Assembly: GCA_046861655.1 (NCBI GenBank)
Contig: JBHIAI010000032.1
Coordinates: forward strand, 1-16,106
Source: Fidelibacterota bacterium
GTDB taxonomy: Bacteria; Fidelibacterota; Marinisomatia; Marinisomatales; S15-B10
Reading direction: 5' to 3'
DNA: 16,106 bases
The notes under the pieces are model-generated. The model saw only the letters and a program-made list of their open reading frames with translations. It had not been told where the DNA came from and made no database searches. Both the position numbers and the translations under genes were made by a program. Shown in pieces: positions 1-9,164 of the stretch. How positions within the stretch are numbered: the stretch's first letter is position 1; the number at the start of each line of letters is the position of its first letter.

Positions 1-6
1 GCAAGA

Positions 7-18
7 CCTGCACTCCTA
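7..18. repeat. Terminus of MITE-like repeat (CCTGCACTCC-TA) overlapping the rpsM stop codon; probably continues beyond the window start
   Basis: 7..18 cctgcactccta is identical to 5437..5448. Confidence 0.65.
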
Positions 19-399
19 TCCTTTCTTACCGACTTTCCTCTTGCCCAATCCCACAGTCCGCTTCCTCCCTTTTCTGGTCCTGGCGTTGGTCCTGGTTCGC
101 TGCCCCCGAACAGGCAGACCCCTGCGATGTCTCAGGCCCCGGTAGGTTCCGATATCCATGAGCCGTTTGATATTCATGGTGGATTCCGTCCGGAGTTCTC
201 CTTCGACCTTCCTCTTGTTCACCGCCTCGCGGATGGCAGTCACGTGCTTATCCTTGAGATCCTGAACCCGGATATCTCCGGGCACACCAGCCTCTTCAAG
301 GATTTGAGTGGACATGGTATGGCCGATACCGTAGATATAGCCCAGGGCATACTCCACATTCTTGTCATTGGGCAAATCAACCCCTGCTATCCTAACCAT
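16..399 (-). CDS. rpsM: 30S ribosomal protein S13
   Basis: [10 protein letters not shown]...IYGIG...[26 protein letters not shown], typical S13; follows rpmJ. Confidence 0.98.
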   Translation of the reverse strand: MVRIAGVDLPNDKNVEYALGYIYGIGHTMSTQILEEAGVPGDIRVQDLKDKHVTAIREAVNKRKVEGELRTESTMNIKRLMDIGTYRGLRHRRGLPVRGQRTRTNARTRKGRKRTVGLGKRKVGKKG

Positions 400-401
400 G
401 G

Positions 402-515
402 CTATCCTTGCCTCTGCTTATGCTTGGGATTGGTACAGATCACCCGCACCACACCCTTTCTGCGGATGATTTTGCATTTGTCACAAATCTTTCGAACAGA
501 CGAGCGTACTTTCAT
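402..515 (-). CDS. rpmJ: 50S ribosomal protein L36 (zinc-ribbon, C+ type), not in the ORF track
   Basis: Manual translation [37 protein letters not shown] (37 aa), CxxC...C...H; lies between infA and rpsM. Confidence 0.97.
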   Translation of the reverse strand: MKVRSSVRKICDKCKIIRRKGVVRVICTNPKHKQRQG

Positions 516-528
516 GATTTCAGAGAAC

Positions 529-756
529 TCACTTGTGACGGTATACGATGCGCCCACGACTGAGATCATAGGGTGAAATCTCCAGAGTCACCACATCGCC
601 CGGCAGGATTTTGATAAAATGCATCCTCATCTTTCCGGCGACGTGAGCCAGTACCTCATGGGGCTTGCCGCTGATCTCTACTTCCACCCTGAACATGGCG
701 TTCGGGAGCGCTTCTTTGATGGTACCGTCAAGGGTTATAGGTTTTTCTTTAGCCAT
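529..756 (-). CDS. infA: Translation initiation factor IF-1
   Basis: [10 protein letters not shown]...[17 protein letters not shown]...[13 protein letters not shown]. Confidence 0.97.
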   Translation of the reverse strand: MAKEKPITLDGTIKEALPNAMFRVEVEISGKPHEVLAHVAGKMRMHFIKILPGDVVTLEISPYDLSRGRIVYRHK

Positions 757-1525
757 TTTCCTCGCTGATTTCTTCGAGCTTTCCGTCGCTCAGAATACGA
801 CCGCCGCCGGAGGTGACCACCACAGTATGCTCAAAATGGGCCGACGGTTTGCCGTCACGGGTGCAGACCGTCCACCCGTCTTCCTTGGTGAAAATCTGGC
901 TGTCCCCCATGTTCACCATAGGCTCAATGGCCAGACACATGCCCTCCTTGAGAACGTCACCGCGCCCCCTGGGGCCGTAGTTGGGGATTTGAGGATCCTC
1001 GTGGAGCTTAAGACCGATCCCGTGACCCACCAATTCCCTGACCACGCTGTACCCGTACTCTTCCACGTGGGTCTGGATGGAATGGCCGATATCCGACACT
1101 CTGTTTCCTGCCCTCGCCTGCCTGATACCGAGATAAAGGGCCTCTTCTGTCACCTCGAGAAGCTTTTTCACCTCAGGGGAAATCTCCCCCACCGCAAACG
1201 TCCGGGCGCTGTCCCCGTAGTATCCGTTCTTTAGGACCCCACAATCGATGCTCACAACATCCCCTTCCCTGAAGGGACGACGATCAGGAATGCCGTGAAC
1301 AATCTCGTCGTTGATGGAAATGCACAGGGTGGAAGAATACCCCATGTAGCCTTTGAATGCCGGTGCCCCTCCCCGGGAGAGAATAGACTCCTCCGCCAGC
1401 CTGTCCAGTTCATCCCCGGTGACGCCGGGACGAATGTTTTCTCCCACCCTTTTCAGGGTTTCGTAGACAATCCGGCTGCTCTCCCGGATCAGATCGATTT
1501 CTCGTTGACTTCGAACGGTTACCAT
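749..1525 (-). CDS. map: Type I methionine aminopeptidase
   Basis: Motifs [38 protein letters not shown]; 8-nt overlap with infA. Confidence 0.97.
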   Translation of the reverse strand: MVTVRSQREIDLIRESSRIVYETLKRVGENIRPGVTGDELDRLAEESILSRGGAPAFKGYMGYSSTLCISINDEIVHGIPDRRPFREGDVVSIDCGVLKNGYYGDSARTFAVGEISPEVKKLLEVTEEALYLGIRQARAGNRVSDIGHSIQTHVEEYGYSVVRELVGHGIGLKLHEDPQIPNYGPRGRGDVLKEGMCLAIEPMVNMGDSQIFTKEDGWTVCTRDGKPSAHFEHTVVVTSGGGRILSDGKLEEISEENG

Positions 1526-1542
1526 CAGGAGTACAGGCCTAC

Positions 1543-2880
1543 CTAGAATCTTCGCCGCCCCCTGATCTTACCCCGCTTCAGGAATCCGTCGTAATTCCGC
1601 ATCAAGAGATGGGATTCAATCTGCTGCAGTGTGTCCAGGGCCACCCCCACAATGATCAGCAAACTGGTTCCGCCAAAAAAGGAGGCGAGATCGTACCCCA
1701 CATCCATGGTGTTCATGAGGATGTAGGGGAAAATGGCTATGAAGGCCAGGAAAACGGATCCCGGCAGGGTTACCCTCGTCAGAATGTTGTCGATAAACTC
1801 GGAGGTTTTCTTGCCCGGACGGACGCCGGGAATAAATCCCCCGTACTTTCTCATATTCTCCGCCACCTCCACTGGATTGAAAGCGATGGCCGTGTAGAAA
1901 TAGGTGAAAAAGACGATGATCAGGCCAAATAGCAGCCAGTAAAACCAATGATCGAATGAGAATACCCTCATCAATCCCTGAATGAAATCACTGTCCCGGA
2001 AGAACGTTGCCACGGTACTGGGCAAGAACATGATGGACTGGGCAAAAATGATGGGCATCACCCCCGCCGTATTCACGCGCATGGGTATGTGGGTGGACTG
2101 GCCTCCGTAGACCTTTCGTCCCACCACCCGCTTGGCGTACTGAACCGGGATCTTTCTCTGTCCCTGGGTCAAGAGCACCACGAACCCCACGATCACGAAC
2201 ATGATCCCCAACAGGACGATTTCCGTGAGCGGGCCCCGCACCTCTTCCTGGATCAACGAAATCTCGCTGATTACCACGTTGGGCAGCCTGGCAATGATTC
2301 CGATCATGATGATCAGGGAAATTCCGTTTCCGATGCCCCTTTCGGTAATCTGCTCCCCCAGCCACATGATGAAAATAGTCCCTGTCACCAGGGAAATGAC
2401 GGCCGTAAACCGGAACCCCAGGCCCGGATCGGGAACCACCATCATGCTGACACCCCCGGCGGTGGATTCCATGCTCTCCAGGAAGATGGAAACGCCATAC
2501 GCCTGGAGGGTGGAAATGAAGACCGTCCCGTACCGGGTGAGCTGAGTAATTTTCTTGCGGCCCTCTTCCCCTTCCTTCTGCAGTCTCTGAAAGTAGGGGA
2601 CAACCACACCCATCAACTGCATGATGATGGACGCGGAAATGTAGGGCATGATTCCCAGGGCGAAGAGGGTGGCTTTCTGGAACGCACCCCCGGCGAACAG
2701 ATCGTACAACCCAAACAGGGTGTTCTGGAAATTCTGAATGGCCGCTGCCAGGGCTTCGCTGTTCACCCCAGGAATGGGAATATGGGCACCGATTCGTACC
2801 ACCACCAGGAGAGACACGGTAAACAGGATGCGTTTCCGCAGCTCGGGAATATTGAAAATGTTCTTTATCTTCTCAATCAT
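1543..2880 (-). CDS. secY: Preprotein translocase subunit SecY
   Basis: LGIMPYISASII, WLGEQITERGIGNGISLII, GVMPIIFA, GGFIPGVRPG, FGGTSLLIIVGV; many hydrophobic segments. Confidence 0.99.
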   Translation of the reverse strand: MIEKIKNIFNIPELRKRILFTVSLLVVVRIGAHIPIPGVNSEALAAAIQNFQNTLFGLYDLFAGGAFQKATLFALGIMPYISASIIMQLMGVVVPYFQRLQKEGEEGRKKITQLTRYGTVFISTLQAYGVSIFLESMESTAGGVSMMVVPDPGLGFRFTAVISLVTGTIFIMWLGEQITERGIGNGISLIIMIGIIARLPNVVISEISLIQEEVRGPLTEIVLLGIMFVIVGFVVLLTQGQRKIPVQYAKRVVGRKVYGGQSTHIPMRVNTAGVMPIIFAQSIMFLPSTVATFFRDSDFIQGLMRVFSFDHWFYWLLFGLIIVFFTYFYTAIAFNPVEVAENMRKYGGFIPGVRPGKKTSEFIDNILTRVTLPGSVFLAFIAIFPYILMNTMDVGYDLASFFGGTSLLIIVGVALDTLQQIESHLLMRNYDGFLKRGKIRGRRRF

Positions 2881-3317
2881 GGTAGAACAGCCTTCCCCCC
2901 GGCCTTTTCAATCTTCGCCACGGCTGACCGGCTGAAGGCGTCGGCCCGGATGACCATGGGAGTGTCGATATCGCCATCCGCCAGTACTTTGACGGGCCGG
3001 GAGGTAGATTTGATGAGCCCTTTCTCCTTCATGGTATGGGCATCCAGTTCCTGTACATCCAGGGGTCGGATATCCCTGAGGTGGACCAGCTGATACACGT
3101 TCTCAAAGGGTGCGTTGGAGAAGCCGCGCTTCGGGATCCGCCGCTGAAGAGGCATCTGTCCCCCTTCGTACCAGGCCCGGCGCTTGCTCCCCGACCTGGA
3201 CCGGTACCCCTTGGTGCCGCGACCGGATGTGCCACCCTTTCCGGACCCCTGACCTCTGCCCAAACGCTTGGGAGTCTTCCGCCCCCTGCCGGGACCTCCG
3301 AGGGATTCAAGTTTCAT
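2877..3317 (-). CDS. rplO: 50S ribosomal protein L15
   Basis: KRLGRGQGSGKGGTSGRGTKG, EGGQMPLQRRIPKRGF, KIEKAGG. Confidence 0.98.
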   Translation of the reverse strand: MKLESLGGPGRGRKTPKRLGRGQGSGKGGTSGRGTKGYRSRSGSKRRAWYEGGQMPLQRRIPKRGFSNAPFENVYQLVHLRDIRPLDVQELDAHTMKEKGLIKSTSRPVKVLADGDIDTPMVIRADAFSRSAVAKIEKAGGKAVLP

Positions 3318-3505
3318 CAGGCCTCCTCCACCTCCACCATGAATTTCACCTTCTGGATCATTCCCCTGATCTGAGGGGTATCGGCGTGAACCACGGATTG
3401 ATTCGGCTTTTTCAGTCCCAGGGCTCGAAGGACCCGTCTCGTGTTTTCCCTGCGGCCGATGGTACTTCTTAACTGGGTTATCCTCAATTTTTTCTTCTCA
3501 GCCAC
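3317..3505 (-). CDS. rpmD: 50S ribosomal protein L30
   Basis: [12 protein letters not shown]...LRALGLKK...IRGMIQKV; between rpsE and rplO; GTG start. Confidence 0.96.
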   Translation of the reverse strand: MAEKKKLRITQLRSTIGRRENTRRVLRALGLKKPNQSVVHADTPQIRGMIQKVKFMVEVEEA

Positions 3506-3521
3506 GACTCTATGGCTTTCC

Positions 3522-4028
3522 TCATCTCCCGAATACTTGTTTTAGAGACATTCCTCTCCTGTTGGCCACCGAAACCGGATCCTCCAACATCCTCAGGGCC
3601 ACCTCGGCAGCCCGGACCACATTGTTCGGATTCGAGGATCCGTACCGCTTGGTGAGAATGTCCCGGATACCCGACTGTTGTACCAGGGCCCGAACGGATC
3701 CACCGGCGATGATTCCCGTTCCCGGCGACGCCGGTTTCATCAGCACACGACTGGCCCCAAACTTTCCCACAATCTTGTGGGGGATGGTGCCGTTGATGAT
3801 GGGAACCCGAAAGATATTCTTCTTGGCGTCTTCCTTCCCCTTGCTGATCGCCGCCAGGACTTCATTGGCCTTTCCGTGCCCGAGACCCACATGACCACGA
3901 CCGTCTCCCACGACCACCAGGGCCCCAAAACGGAAACGGCGACCACCGGCAACCACCTTGGCCACACGGTTGATCCTGATTACCGTCTCCTCCTGCAGGT
4001 CGAGTTCCGTTGGATCGATAGGGGTCAA
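3522..4028 (-). CDS. rpsE: 30S ribosomal protein S5
   Basis: [45 protein letters not shown] start overlapping the rplR TGA. Confidence 0.97.
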   Translation of the reverse strand: MTPIDPTELDLQEETVIRINRVAKVVAGGRRFRFGALVVVGDGRGHVGLGHGKANEVLAAISKGKEDAKKNIFRVPIINGTIPHKIVGKFGASRVLMKPASPGTGIIAGGSVRALVQQSGIRDILTKRYGSSNPNNVVRAAEVALRMLEDPVSVANRRGMSLKQVFGR

Positions 4029-4396
4029 AACGTCAATCCTCCTTCCCGGGCACCGTCGGCAAGGGCCTTCACCCTGCCGTGGTAGAGAAAGCCGTTCCGG
4101 TCAAACACAACCTTCTTAATCCTTTTCTTCCTGGCCTTCTCTGCCAGAACCTGTCCCACCACCTGGCTTTTTTCCACTTTCGTTGTCGAATCTTTCAGTT
4201 TGGCCTTCACCCCTTTCTCCAGGGTGGAAGAGGCCACCACCGTCTCCCCCGTTTGATCGTTCACAATCTGCCCGTAGATATGCTTCAGACTACGGTAGAC
4301 CACCAGTCTGTACCGGCGGGACTGGCCAGGGAAAAGACTCTTGCTCCTTCTCCGGCGTCTTTCCCTCCTCAACCGTTTTCGCACCCCTGCCTTCAC
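4025..4396 (-). CDS. rplR: 50S ribosomal protein L18
   Basis: [44 protein letters not shown]. Confidence 0.97.
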   Translation of the reverse strand: MKAGVRKRLRRERRRRRSKSLFPGQSRRYRLVVYRSLKHIYGQIVNDQTGETVVASSTLEKGVKAKLKDSTTKVEKSQVVGQVLAEKARKKRIKKVVFDRNGFLYHGRVKALADGAREGGLTF

Positions 4397-4398
4397 GC

Positions 4399-4947
4399 CT
4401 AGATGCCTCCCGTTCCTCCGATGGTCTTACCCTTCTTAATCTTGACATATTCTCCCGCGTACCGGATTCCCTTTCCCTTGTAGGGCTCCGGAGGACGAAA
4501 AGAGCGAATCTTTGCCGCCACTTCACCCACCATCTGTTTGTCTATCCCGCTGACGACGATCACATTCCGCTGGGCTTTGATTTCGATTCCCTCAGGAGGT
4601 TCAAGGTAAATATCATGAGAGTACCCAAGAGTCAGTTTCAAGCGCTTTCCGTCCATGTTGGCGGAATAGCCCACTCCTTTGACCTGAAGCTCCCGGGAAA
4701 AGCCGTCGGTCACCCCTTTCACCATGTTGGCCAGAAGGGCCCGGGTGGTCCCGTGAAGAGCCCGGTGACTCTTGCTGTCTGATGGGCGGCGGACGGTTAC
4801 CTCACCGTCCGTTTTCTCGATTTCCATATCCTCATGGAAATCGCGCATCAACGTCCCCCTGGGACCGGCAACGGTCACTCGGCTTCCGGTCACCTCCACG
4901 GTGACCTTGTCTGGAATAGGGACCGGTTTTGTTCCTACTCTTGACAT
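4399..4947 (-). CDS. rplF: 50S ribosomal protein L6
   Basis: MSRVGTKPV start (ATG 4947 preferred over the track's 4959), GTTRALLANMVKGVT, RPPEPYKGKGIRY. Confidence 0.97.
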   Translation of the reverse strand: MSRVGTKPVPIPDKVTVEVTGSRVTVAGPRGTLMRDFHEDMEIEKTDGEVTVRRPSDSKSHRALHGTTRALLANMVKGVTDGFSRELQVKGVGYSANMDGKRLKLTLGYSHDIYLEPPEGIEIKAQRNVIVVSGIDKQMVGEVAAKIRSFRPPEPYKGKGIRYAGEYVKIKKGKTIGGTGGI

Positions 4948-4952
4948 CCCAC

Positions 4953-5351
4953 CTACCACAGGCGGCAGAGGACCTCTCCCCCCACATTCAACTTTCTCGC
5001 TACTTTGTCCGAGACCACCCCTTTGGAAGTCGTCAGGATAGCCACCCCAAGACCACCGAGCACACGGGGAATGCTGTCAGCGGTGGCATAGACCCGCCGG
5101 CCGGGCTTGCTTACCCGCTCAATATGCTTGATGACAGGTTCGCCATCCCTGTCCCGCCTCAGGAATACCCGGACCATCTTCTTAACCGGCTCATCGATGA
5201 TGAGGAAATCCTGGATAAAATGTTCCTCCTTCAGAACGTACAGAATGCGAAGTTTCAAGTTGGAGGCCGGTACGTCGGTCCACCTGGACCCGGCCTTCTG
5301 GGCGTTACGTATGCGGGTCAAAAGATCTGCTACCGGATCCGTCATGGTCAT
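4953..5351 (-). CDS. rpsH: 30S ribosomal protein S8
   Basis: MTDPVADLLTRIRNA, RVSKPGRRVY, GLGVAILTTSKGV, GGEVLC. Confidence 0.98.
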   Translation of the reverse strand: MTMTDPVADLLTRIRNAQKAGSRWTDVPASNLKLRILYVLKEEHFIQDFLIIDEPVKKMVRVFLRRDRDGEPVIKHIERVSKPGRRVYATADSIPRVLGGLGVAILTTSKGVVSDKVARKLNVGGEVLCRLW

Positions 5352-5353
5352 GA

Positions 5354-5428
5354 CTAGGAGTGCAGGATTCGAACAGAATCCGATTTAGAAGCCAAACGAT
5401 GAGAAGATTTCAAGGCGCGACGACGCAT
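5354..5428 (-). other. Putative 24-aa small ORF within the element (MRRRALKSSHRLASKSDSVRILHS*)
   Basis: ATG at 5428 preceded by CAGGA-TTTAGAC; TAG ends 2 nt before the rpsH ATG; translation not demonstrated. Confidence 0.3.
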
Positions 5429-5448
5429 GTCTAAATCCTGCACTCCTA
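5355..5448. mobile_element. MITE-like element: 90-bp core (5357-5446) flanked by TA, with terminal inverted repeats
   Basis: Perfect 15-bp IR TAGGAGTGCAGGATT (5355-5369) / AATCCTGCACTCCTA (5434-5448) including the TA. Removing it gives TAGGAGGGTTAGTCATG (SD AGGAGG + 7 nt + rpsH ATG). Same terminus at 7-18 and 9986-10001. No transposase in the window. Confidence 0.7.
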
Positions 5449-5454
5449 ACCCTC

Positions 5455-5640
5455 CTACCAGCTTGCCTTGGTTATGCCCGGGATCTCCCCTTTGAGGGCA
5501 AGTTCACGAAAACATAACCGGCACAGTCCAAACCGTCTCATGTAGGCCCGGGAACGCCCACAATTTCCGCAGCGATTGTACTTCCGGGTGGAGAACTTGG
5601 CAGTTCTCTTGGCCTTAACGACGAGCGATTTTCGAGCCAT
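5455..5640 (-). CDS. rpsN: 30S ribosomal protein S14, type Z (zinc-binding, 61 aa)
   Basis: YNRCGNCGR...[12 protein letters not shown]...IPGITKASW; two CxxC motifs. Confidence 0.98.
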   Translation of the reverse strand: MARKSLVVKAKRTAKFSTRKYNRCGNCGRSRAYMRRFGLCRLCFRELALKGEIPGITKASW

Positions 5641-6260
5641 CAGGCTCCCTCCCCGGTGGATTCGCCCGCGGGTACAGTCACTCTCTCCCTGAAGGGAAAC
5701 CCGAGCGATCTCAACAATTCATACCCATCGTCGTCCGATTCCGCCGTGGTCACGATGGACACATTCAAACCACGGATCTTATCGATTTTGTCGTAGTCAA
5801 TCTCGGGAAACACGATTTGTTCCTCCAGTCCGAAATGAAAATTACCCCGGCCATCGAACGACTTAAGAGAGAAACCGCTGAAGTCCCTCACCCGGGGAAG
5901 AGCGATTTTCACCAACCGCTCCAGGAACTCGTACATCCGCCAGCCCCTCAAGGTCACCCGGCAACCCACCGGATCTCCCGCCCTGATCTTGAAATTGGAA
6001 ATGGCTTTCCTGGCCCGTGTGATCACCGCCCGCTGTCCGGATATGGCCGTCAGATCGTCCATGGCGTGATCCAGGGATCCCGGCTCATCCTTGGCTTTAC
6101 CCACACCCACGTTCAGAACAATCTTCTCCAACCGGGACACCTGAAGGGGATGGCTCAGACCCAGTTTTTTCTGAATCTCGGGCACGGACGTCTCCCGGTA
6201 CTGAGTCAACAGGTTGGGCCTGTATCCGTTGTTGCCGGCGGGTATCTTGGTCTGTGGCAC
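5640..6260 (-). CDS. rplE: 50S ribosomal protein L5
   Basis: [50 protein letters not shown] start position less certain. Confidence 0.96.
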   Translation of the reverse strand: MPQTKIPAGNNGYRPNLLTQYRETSVPEIQKKLGLSHPLQVSRLEKIVLNVGVGKAKDEPGSLDHAMDDLTAISGQRAVITRARKAISNFKIRAGDPVGCRVTLRGWRMYEFLERLVKIALPRVRDFSGFSLKSFDGRGNFHFGLEEQIVFPEIDYDKIDKIRGLNVSIVTTAESDDDGYELLRSLGFPFRERVTVPAGESTGEGA

Positions 6261-6268
6261 AGTATCCC

Positions 6269-6577
6269 CTATGAATCGATGTCTTCGCCCGTCTTGCGGG
6301 CAACTCTGATTTTTCGGCCCGTCTGCAGCCGGCGATGGCCAACCCGGGTGGGACTGCCGCCTGCCAGAAGCATAACGTTGGAGAGGTGGACGGGAGCCTC
6401 CTTCTCAATGATTCCCCCCTGGGGATTCTGCTGGGACGGCCGGGTGTGACGTTTCACAAAGTTAATCCCCTCCACCAGCACCCGGTTTCTCCGGGGGAAT
6501 ACTTTCAAGACTTTCCCCGTCTTTCCCCGGGCCTCACCCGCGATGATCTGAACGGTATCGCCCTTCTTGATTCGCAC
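6269..6577 (-). CDS. rplX: 50S ribosomal protein L24
   Basis: IKKGDTVQIIAG (KOW motif), VEGIN, GGIIEKEAPVHLSNV. Confidence 0.98.
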   Translation of the reverse strand: MRIKKGDTVQIIAGEARGKTGKVLKVFPRRNRVLVEGINFVKRHTRPSQQNPQGGIIEKEAPVHLSNVMLLAGGSPTRVGHRRLQTGRKIRVARKTGEDIDS

Positions 6578-6578
6578 C

Positions 6579-6947
6579 TTAGACCACCTCCGGCGCCATG
6601 GAAATAATTTTCATGAATCCCTTTTCACGAAGTTCCCTGGCTACGGGACCAAATATCCGCGTTCCCCGGGGATCGCCGGTTCCGGTCAACAGGACAGCCG
6701 CGTTGTCATCGAACCGGACGTACGAACCGTCCTTGCGGCGCCGTTCCTTCTTGGTTCTGACCACAACGGCCCGGGCGATGTCACCTCTTTTCACCATACC
6801 TCCGGGAATGGCCTGCTTTACCGTCACCACCACGATGTCTCCCAGGGAGGCGTACTTTCTCCGGGTTCCTCCCAGTACTTTGAAGCACAGCACTTCCTTC
6901 GCGCCCGTATTGTCCGCTACTTTCAATCTGGTTTCCGACTGAATCAT
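6579..6947 (-). CDS. rplN: 50S ribosomal protein L14
   Basis: [38 protein letters not shown]. Confidence 0.99.
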   Translation of the reverse strand: MIQSETRLKVADNTGAKEVLCFKVLGGTRRKYASLGDIVVVTVKQAIPGGMVKRGDIARAVVVRTKKERRRKDGSYVRFDDNAAVLLTGTGDPRGTRIFGPVARELREKGFMKIISMAPEVV

Positions 6948-6977
6948 GGGTCTGCCTCAAGATGTTTGAACTCCCGG

Positions 6978-7241
6978 TTATCCTCCTGCACCCCTTGAAA
7001 TCACATCGACGACGCGCCATCTTTTGGTCTTGCTCATGGGACGGGACGCCACAATCCTGGCCCTGTCCCCCGGCTGACATCGTCCGTTGGCATCATGGAC
7101 TTTGTACTTCTTTTTCCTGACCACATACTTTTTGTAAACCGGATGAAAAACCCGCCGGGATACTTCCACCACCACGGTCTTATCCATCTTGTTGCTCAGC
7201 ACGGTACCCTCCAGGGTCTGCACCTTTCGAGTCTGGTCCAT
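6978..7241 (-). CDS. rpsQ: 30S ribosomal protein S17
   Basis: [31 protein letters not shown]. Confidence 0.98.
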   Translation of the reverse strand: MDQTRKVQTLEGTVLSNKMDKTVVVEVSRRVFHPVYKKYVVRKKKYKVHDANGRCQPGDRARIVASRPMSKTKRWRVVDVISRGAGG

Positions 7242-7247
7242 GGAATC

Positions 7248-7463
7248 CTACTCGTCTCCTTCCGGTTTTCTGAGATCCAGGTCGATCTCCCTCAGCACCG
7301 TTTTTATCTGGGCTACTTCCCTCCTTAAGAGGCGGATCCTGATGGGATTCTCAAGCTGCTGCAGAGCCTTCTGAAACCGGAGGTTTTCCAGTTCTTCCAG
7401 GTCGTCTGACAGCCTGGATTTCAGCTCAGTTATTGTCATCGTCTTAAGCTCCGATGTCTTCAT
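7248..7463 (-). CDS. rpmC: 50S ribosomal protein L29
   Basis: ELENLRFQKALQQLENPIRIRLLRREVAQIKT; between rplP and rpsQ. Confidence 0.97.
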   Translation of the reverse strand: MKTSELKTMTITELKSRLSDDLEELENLRFQKALQQLENPIRIRLLRREVAQIKTVLREIDLDLRKPEGDE

Positions 7464-7486
7464 ACCGCAGCGTCTTTGACCGTTGG

Positions 7487-7906
7487 TTAGTGACCGTGTT
7501 CCCTTCGACCCACGAGCTTGGTCTTTACCGGAAGCTTGAATCCGGCCAGACGAAAGGCTTCGGCGGCCAGGTCTCTGTCCAGTCCTTCCACCTCAAAAAG
7601 AATCCGTCCCGGTTTTACAACCGCTACCCAGTGATCGGGAGCGCCCTTGCCCTTACCCATCCGGACTTCAGCAGGTTTCCGGGTAACGGATTTGTCCGGA
7701 AAGATCCGTATCCACATTCGTCCGTGCTTCCTAATCTTCCTCACGATAGCCACTCTGGCCGACTCAATCTGACGAGCTGTGATCCAACCGGCCTCCAGGG
7801 CTTTAAGGCCGTAACTTCCGAAAGCCACATAATTCCCTCTCGCGGCCATGCCGCGTCTCCGCCCTCGATGATGCTTCCGCCACTTGGCCTTCCTGGGTTC
7901 CAGCAT
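7487..7906 (-). CDS. rplP: 50S ribosomal protein L16
   Basis: [37 protein letters not shown]. Confidence 0.98.
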   Translation of the reverse strand: MLEPRKAKWRKHHRGRRRGMAARGNYVAFGSYGLKALEAGWITARQIESARVAIVRKIRKHGRMWIRIFPDKSVTRKPAEVRMGKGKGAPDHWVAVVKPGRILFEVEGLDRDLAAEAFRLAGFKLPVKTKLVGRREHGH

Positions 7907-8532
7907 CAGGTGGGCACCTCCCCATTACATATCCACACTTTGATTCCGATGGTGCCATAGGTGGTCCGGGCCTCGGTGACCGCAAAATCGATGTCAGACC
8001 GGAGGGTATGCAGCGGAACCTTACCTTCCATGTAGGTTTCGCTCCGGGCAATCTCCGTTCCCCCCAGCCGTCCGGCCACTCGGATCCTGACCCCCTCAGC
8101 TCCCATTCGCATGGTGGACTGAATGGACTTCTTTACCGCCCGTCTAAAATTGATTTTCTTGGTGAGTTGCTGGGCTATGTTCTGACCCACGAGCTTGGCG
8201 TCCAATTCCGGCCGTTTGATTTCGGACACGTTCACCTGAGTTTCCCTTTTGGTCAATCTTTCGATTTCTTCTTTGAGCCGGTCAACCTCTTCCCCACCCT
8301 TTCCGATGACGATTCCCGGCCTGGAAGTATGAATGGTCACCGTTATCTGCTTGGAAGTCCTGGCAATATCCACCCTGGAAACGCCGGCGTTGGGGAGGCG
8401 CTTGGAGATGTACTTTCTCAAAGTAATATCTTCCATCACAAAATCCGGGAAATCTGCCCCTGCGAACCAGTTGGAGGTCCAGGGTTTATTGATTCCCAGC
8501 CTGAATCCCGTTGGATGTGTTTTCTGCCCCAT
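7906..8532 (-). CDS. rpsC: 30S ribosomal protein S3
   Basis: Start reassigned to [13 protein letters not shown] (ATG 8532); [10 protein letters not shown] (KH domain), [22 protein letters not shown]; 208 aa. Confidence 0.97.
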   Translation of the reverse strand: MGQKTHPTGFRLGINKPWTSNWFAGADFPDFVMEDITLRKYISKRLPNAGVSRVDIARTSKQITVTIHTSRPGIVIGKGGEEVDRLKEEIERLTKRETQVNVSEIKRPELDAKLVGQNIAQQLTKKINFRRAVKKSIQSTMRMGAEGVRIRVAGRLGGTEIARSETYMEGKVPLHTLRSDIDFAVTEARTTYGTIGIKVWICNGEVPT

Positions 8533-8537
8533 AGCGT

Positions 8538-8891
8538 TTATCCGTCTCCCTTTCCGTCTCCCAGAATGATGGTCAAATGGCTGGTCCTTTTCCGGATTCG
8601 CGACACTCTCCCCATAGCGGCGGGACGAAAACGCTTCAGGGCGGGTCCACCGTCGACGAAAGCTTCCTGGATGACCAGATCCTCTACATCCACCGATTTG
8701 CCCTCTTCCGTCTGCAACAGATTCGACACCGCGGACCGTATGGTTTTCTCGATCACCTCCGACGCCTTCTGGGGAGAGAAATGGAGAATATTGAGTGCAG
8801 ACTCCACATCTTTTCCCCGGACCAGGTCCAAGGTGCGAGCTATCTTCCTCGGCGACTGTCGAACGTAACGCGCCTTTGCCCTCGTTTCCAC
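8538..8891 (-). CDS. rplV: 50S ribosomal protein L22
   Basis: RQSPRKIARTLDLVRGK, VDGGPALKRFRPAAMGR, KRTSHLTI. Confidence 0.98.
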   Translation of the reverse strand: METRAKARYVRQSPRKIARTLDLVRGKDVESALNILHFSPQKASEVIEKTIRSAVSNLLQTEEGKSVDVEDLVIQEAFVDGGPALKRFRPAAMGRVSRIRKRTSHLTIILGDGKGDG

Positions 8892-8896
8892 AGTCT

Positions 8897-9163
8897 CTAC
8901 TTCCTGTCCCCTGAATGCACCCTGAATATCCGGGTGGGGGCGAACTCTCCCAGCTTGTGTCCAACCATATTCTCCGTGATGAAGACAGGGATGAACTGCT
9001 TCCCATTATGGACGGCCAGGGTCACGCCCACGAATTCGGGAGTGATGACGCTGGATCTACTCCAGGTCTTGATCACGCGCTTTTTCTTCTCTTTCCTGGC
9101 CCGTTCAATCTTCTTGACAAGTTTCTCATCAACGTAGGGGCCTTTTCGAAGGGAGCGGCTCAC
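8897..9163 (-). CDS. rpsS: 30S ribosomal protein S19
   Basis: [36 protein letters not shown]. Confidence 0.99.
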   Translation of the reverse strand: MSRSLRKGPYVDEKLVKKIERARKEKKKRVIKTWSRSSVITPEFVGVTLAVHNGKQFIPVFITENMVGHKLGEFAPTRIFRVHSGDRK

Positions 9164-9164
9164 G

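Noticed and set aside
2089..3093. Long plus-strand ORFs (334 aa here, also 8008-8868, 10307-11035, 14052-14705, 15071-15706 and others)
   Set aside because: Antisense shadows of conserved minus-strand genes in GC-rich DNA; no recognisable motifs
5355..5448. Rho-independent terminator or tRNA interpretation of the hairpin
   Set aside because: No U-tract after the stem on either strand, mid-operon location, and no cloverleaf despite a TTCGAA motif
6948..6977. Possible spc promoter or hairpin between rpsQ and rplN
   Set aside because: Only 30 nt, weak TCAA/TTGA pairing, no convincing -10/-35; just a GAGG SD
8533..9006. 158-aa N-terminal extension of the S3 ORF in the track
   Set aside because: Overlaps rplV and rpsS out of frame; the canonical MGQKTHP start lies 5 nt after the rplV stop
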